From positions 1-25,763 of the IMG/VR virus record IMGVR_UViG_3300025121_000878: a DNA stretch of 25,763 bases; one strand, 5' to 3'. A program made the position numbers and the translations under genes. The notes beneath the pieces were generated by a model, which ran no database searches, was not told the origin of the DNA, and saw only the letters and a program-made list of their open reading frames with translations. This DNA is from a virus. Taxonomy: Duplodnaviria; Caudoviricetes. Shown one piece after another: positions 24,628 through 25,763 of this stretch; position 1 is the stretch's first letter; each line of letters begins with the position of its first letter.

Positions 24628-25763
24628 GTAAAATTAAAATTGAAGAAAATCTTTATTTCAATCAAAAATCTAGTACATATTTTGTTCAAAAATATATTAA
24701 TGGGCATCAATATTTTGAATCAACCAAGGTTAGGGGTTTAGTGGTTGAGGTTGATGGAAAATGGATACCAAAAAAAGGAATTGTCCAAGCAAGGCAAGAA
24801 AAATCAAAAATATTATTGAAATGGTCTAAGGGTGAGTTCCCAGATCGGTTTAATAAAAAAACCTTCGATGAGTATTTTGACGTGGTTCTTTTAAAGCAAA
24901 AGGCAAAGGCAAAGAATACTTACGATAGTGCCCATTTCCAAATTGAGAAGCACTTAAGGCCTTGGTTTTCTGATAATTGCTCAATGGTAAGAAATTTTGA
25001 TGATAAGGTTTGGGCAAAATATTGCTTGGATCAATCACAGATTACACCTGGTAGAAAGTTAGAGCATGATCGTAGGCATTTAATTATGGCCTTAAGAATT
25101 GCTTTTGAAGATAAGTCGATTGATAAGATATATACCAAGAGAGAGCTGTTTTTAAATGAGGGATCAGAAACTATTGGAAGATTGTTAGATGATTGGGAAA
25201 TAGAGGCAATTATCAATTCTTTACCAAAATCTGAAATGCATACACAGGTACAGGTTTTAATGGCCCTTTTTATGGGCATGAGAAAGAGAGAGATTCTTCA
25301 TTTATCAATAGATGAAATTAATATTCGTAAACGTACAATAAACCTTATTAAAGAAAGAATAAAGACAAGGAAAGGGAGAGAGGTTCAAATCCATGATCTT
25401 GTGTGGACAAAACTTAAAGTATTTATTGATGAGTGTGTGAAAAACAACGGAAAATATATTTTTCCATTCGGCCTAAAAAACGTAAATGTTAAAATGTTAG
25501 ATTATTCAAGGCCTATGGATACCAACAAAACAGCATGGATTTCTTTAAAAAATCGGTCAGGGGTTAAGTGTAGATTTCATGATTTGAAACATACATATAT
25601 TGGATTATGTGCAAAGGCCGGCATTCCTCCGATGGATGTTTGTAAGATGGTTGGTACAAAATTAGAAACTGTTATGAATGTTTATCACCACACGTTAGGC
25701 GAATCTAAGGAAAAAGCTAAAGCAATTGGGTTAAATTTTATTAAAGGGAAAAAAGATGCTTAA
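24624..25763 (+). CDS. int: Tyrosine recombinase / phage integrase
   Basis: ALFMGMRKREILHL (Arg I), KTRKGREV, RFHDLKHTY, catalytic Tyr in NVYHH. Confidence 0.88.
   Translation: MSKIKIEENLYFNQKSSTYFVQKYINGHQYFESTKVRGLVVEVDGKWIPKKGIVQARQEKSKILLKWSKGEFPDRFNKKTFDEYFDVVLLKQKAKAKNTYDSAHFQIEKHLRPWFSDNCSMVRNFDDKVWAKYCLDQSQITPGRKLEHDRRHLIMALRIAFEDKSIDKIYTKRELFLNEGSETIGRLLDDWEIEAIINSLPKSEMHTQVQVLMALFMGMRKREILHLSIDEINIRKRTINLIKERIKTRKGREVQIHDLVWTKLKVFIDECVKNNGKYIFPFGLKNVNVKMLDYSRPMDTNKTAWISLKNRSGVKCRFHDLKHTYIGLCAKAGIPPMDVCKMVGTKLETVMNVYHHTLGESKEKAKAIGLNFIKGKKDA

Larger units (their letters stand above)
1..25763. mobile_element. Temperate podovirus-like phage/prophage segment
   Basis: Virion, fibre, lysis, immunity switch, recombination and xis-int modules in sequence; no host housekeeping genes. 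Confidence 0.93.

Noticed and set aside
1-25763. CRISPR array, tRNA, diversity-generating retroelement, stop-codon recoding, att site
   Set aside because: No repeat-spacer array, cloverleaf or reverse transcriptase seen. Genes tile normally under the standard code. An att core cannot be identified because the window ends at the integrase stop.

Overview
AT-rich segment of a temperate, podovirus-type phage or prophage, almost entirely on the + strand. In order: a 5'-truncated internal virion protein; a ~2,400-aa polyvalent internal virion (ejection-type) protein with ART-like, GNAT-like and HExxH zincin-like regions; a short T7 gp17-type tail-fibre adaptor followed by a fibre-like protein that starts with a signal peptide; a lysis region (holin-like genes, T7-lysozyme-type amidase) with four lipoproteins, closed by a terminator; an accessory block (small ORF + terminator + SDH/ClpP-fold protease, membrane protein, DNA methyltransferase fused to an Mrr-like nuclease); a divergent repressor/Cro switch; and an early operon (RecT, YqaJ exonuclease, SSB, many small genes) ending in excisionase and a tyrosine integrase. 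Best novelty candidate: a 79-codon gene with its own RBS nested in the +1 frame of the giant virion gene, directly after its GNAT-like domain. This looks like a toxin-domain/nested-immunity cassette inside an injected virion protein. Second candidate: the split tail fibre, whose junction has a T TTT TTA slippery heptamer and whose distal half appears secreted. All family calls come from motif recognition by eye; no database searches were run.
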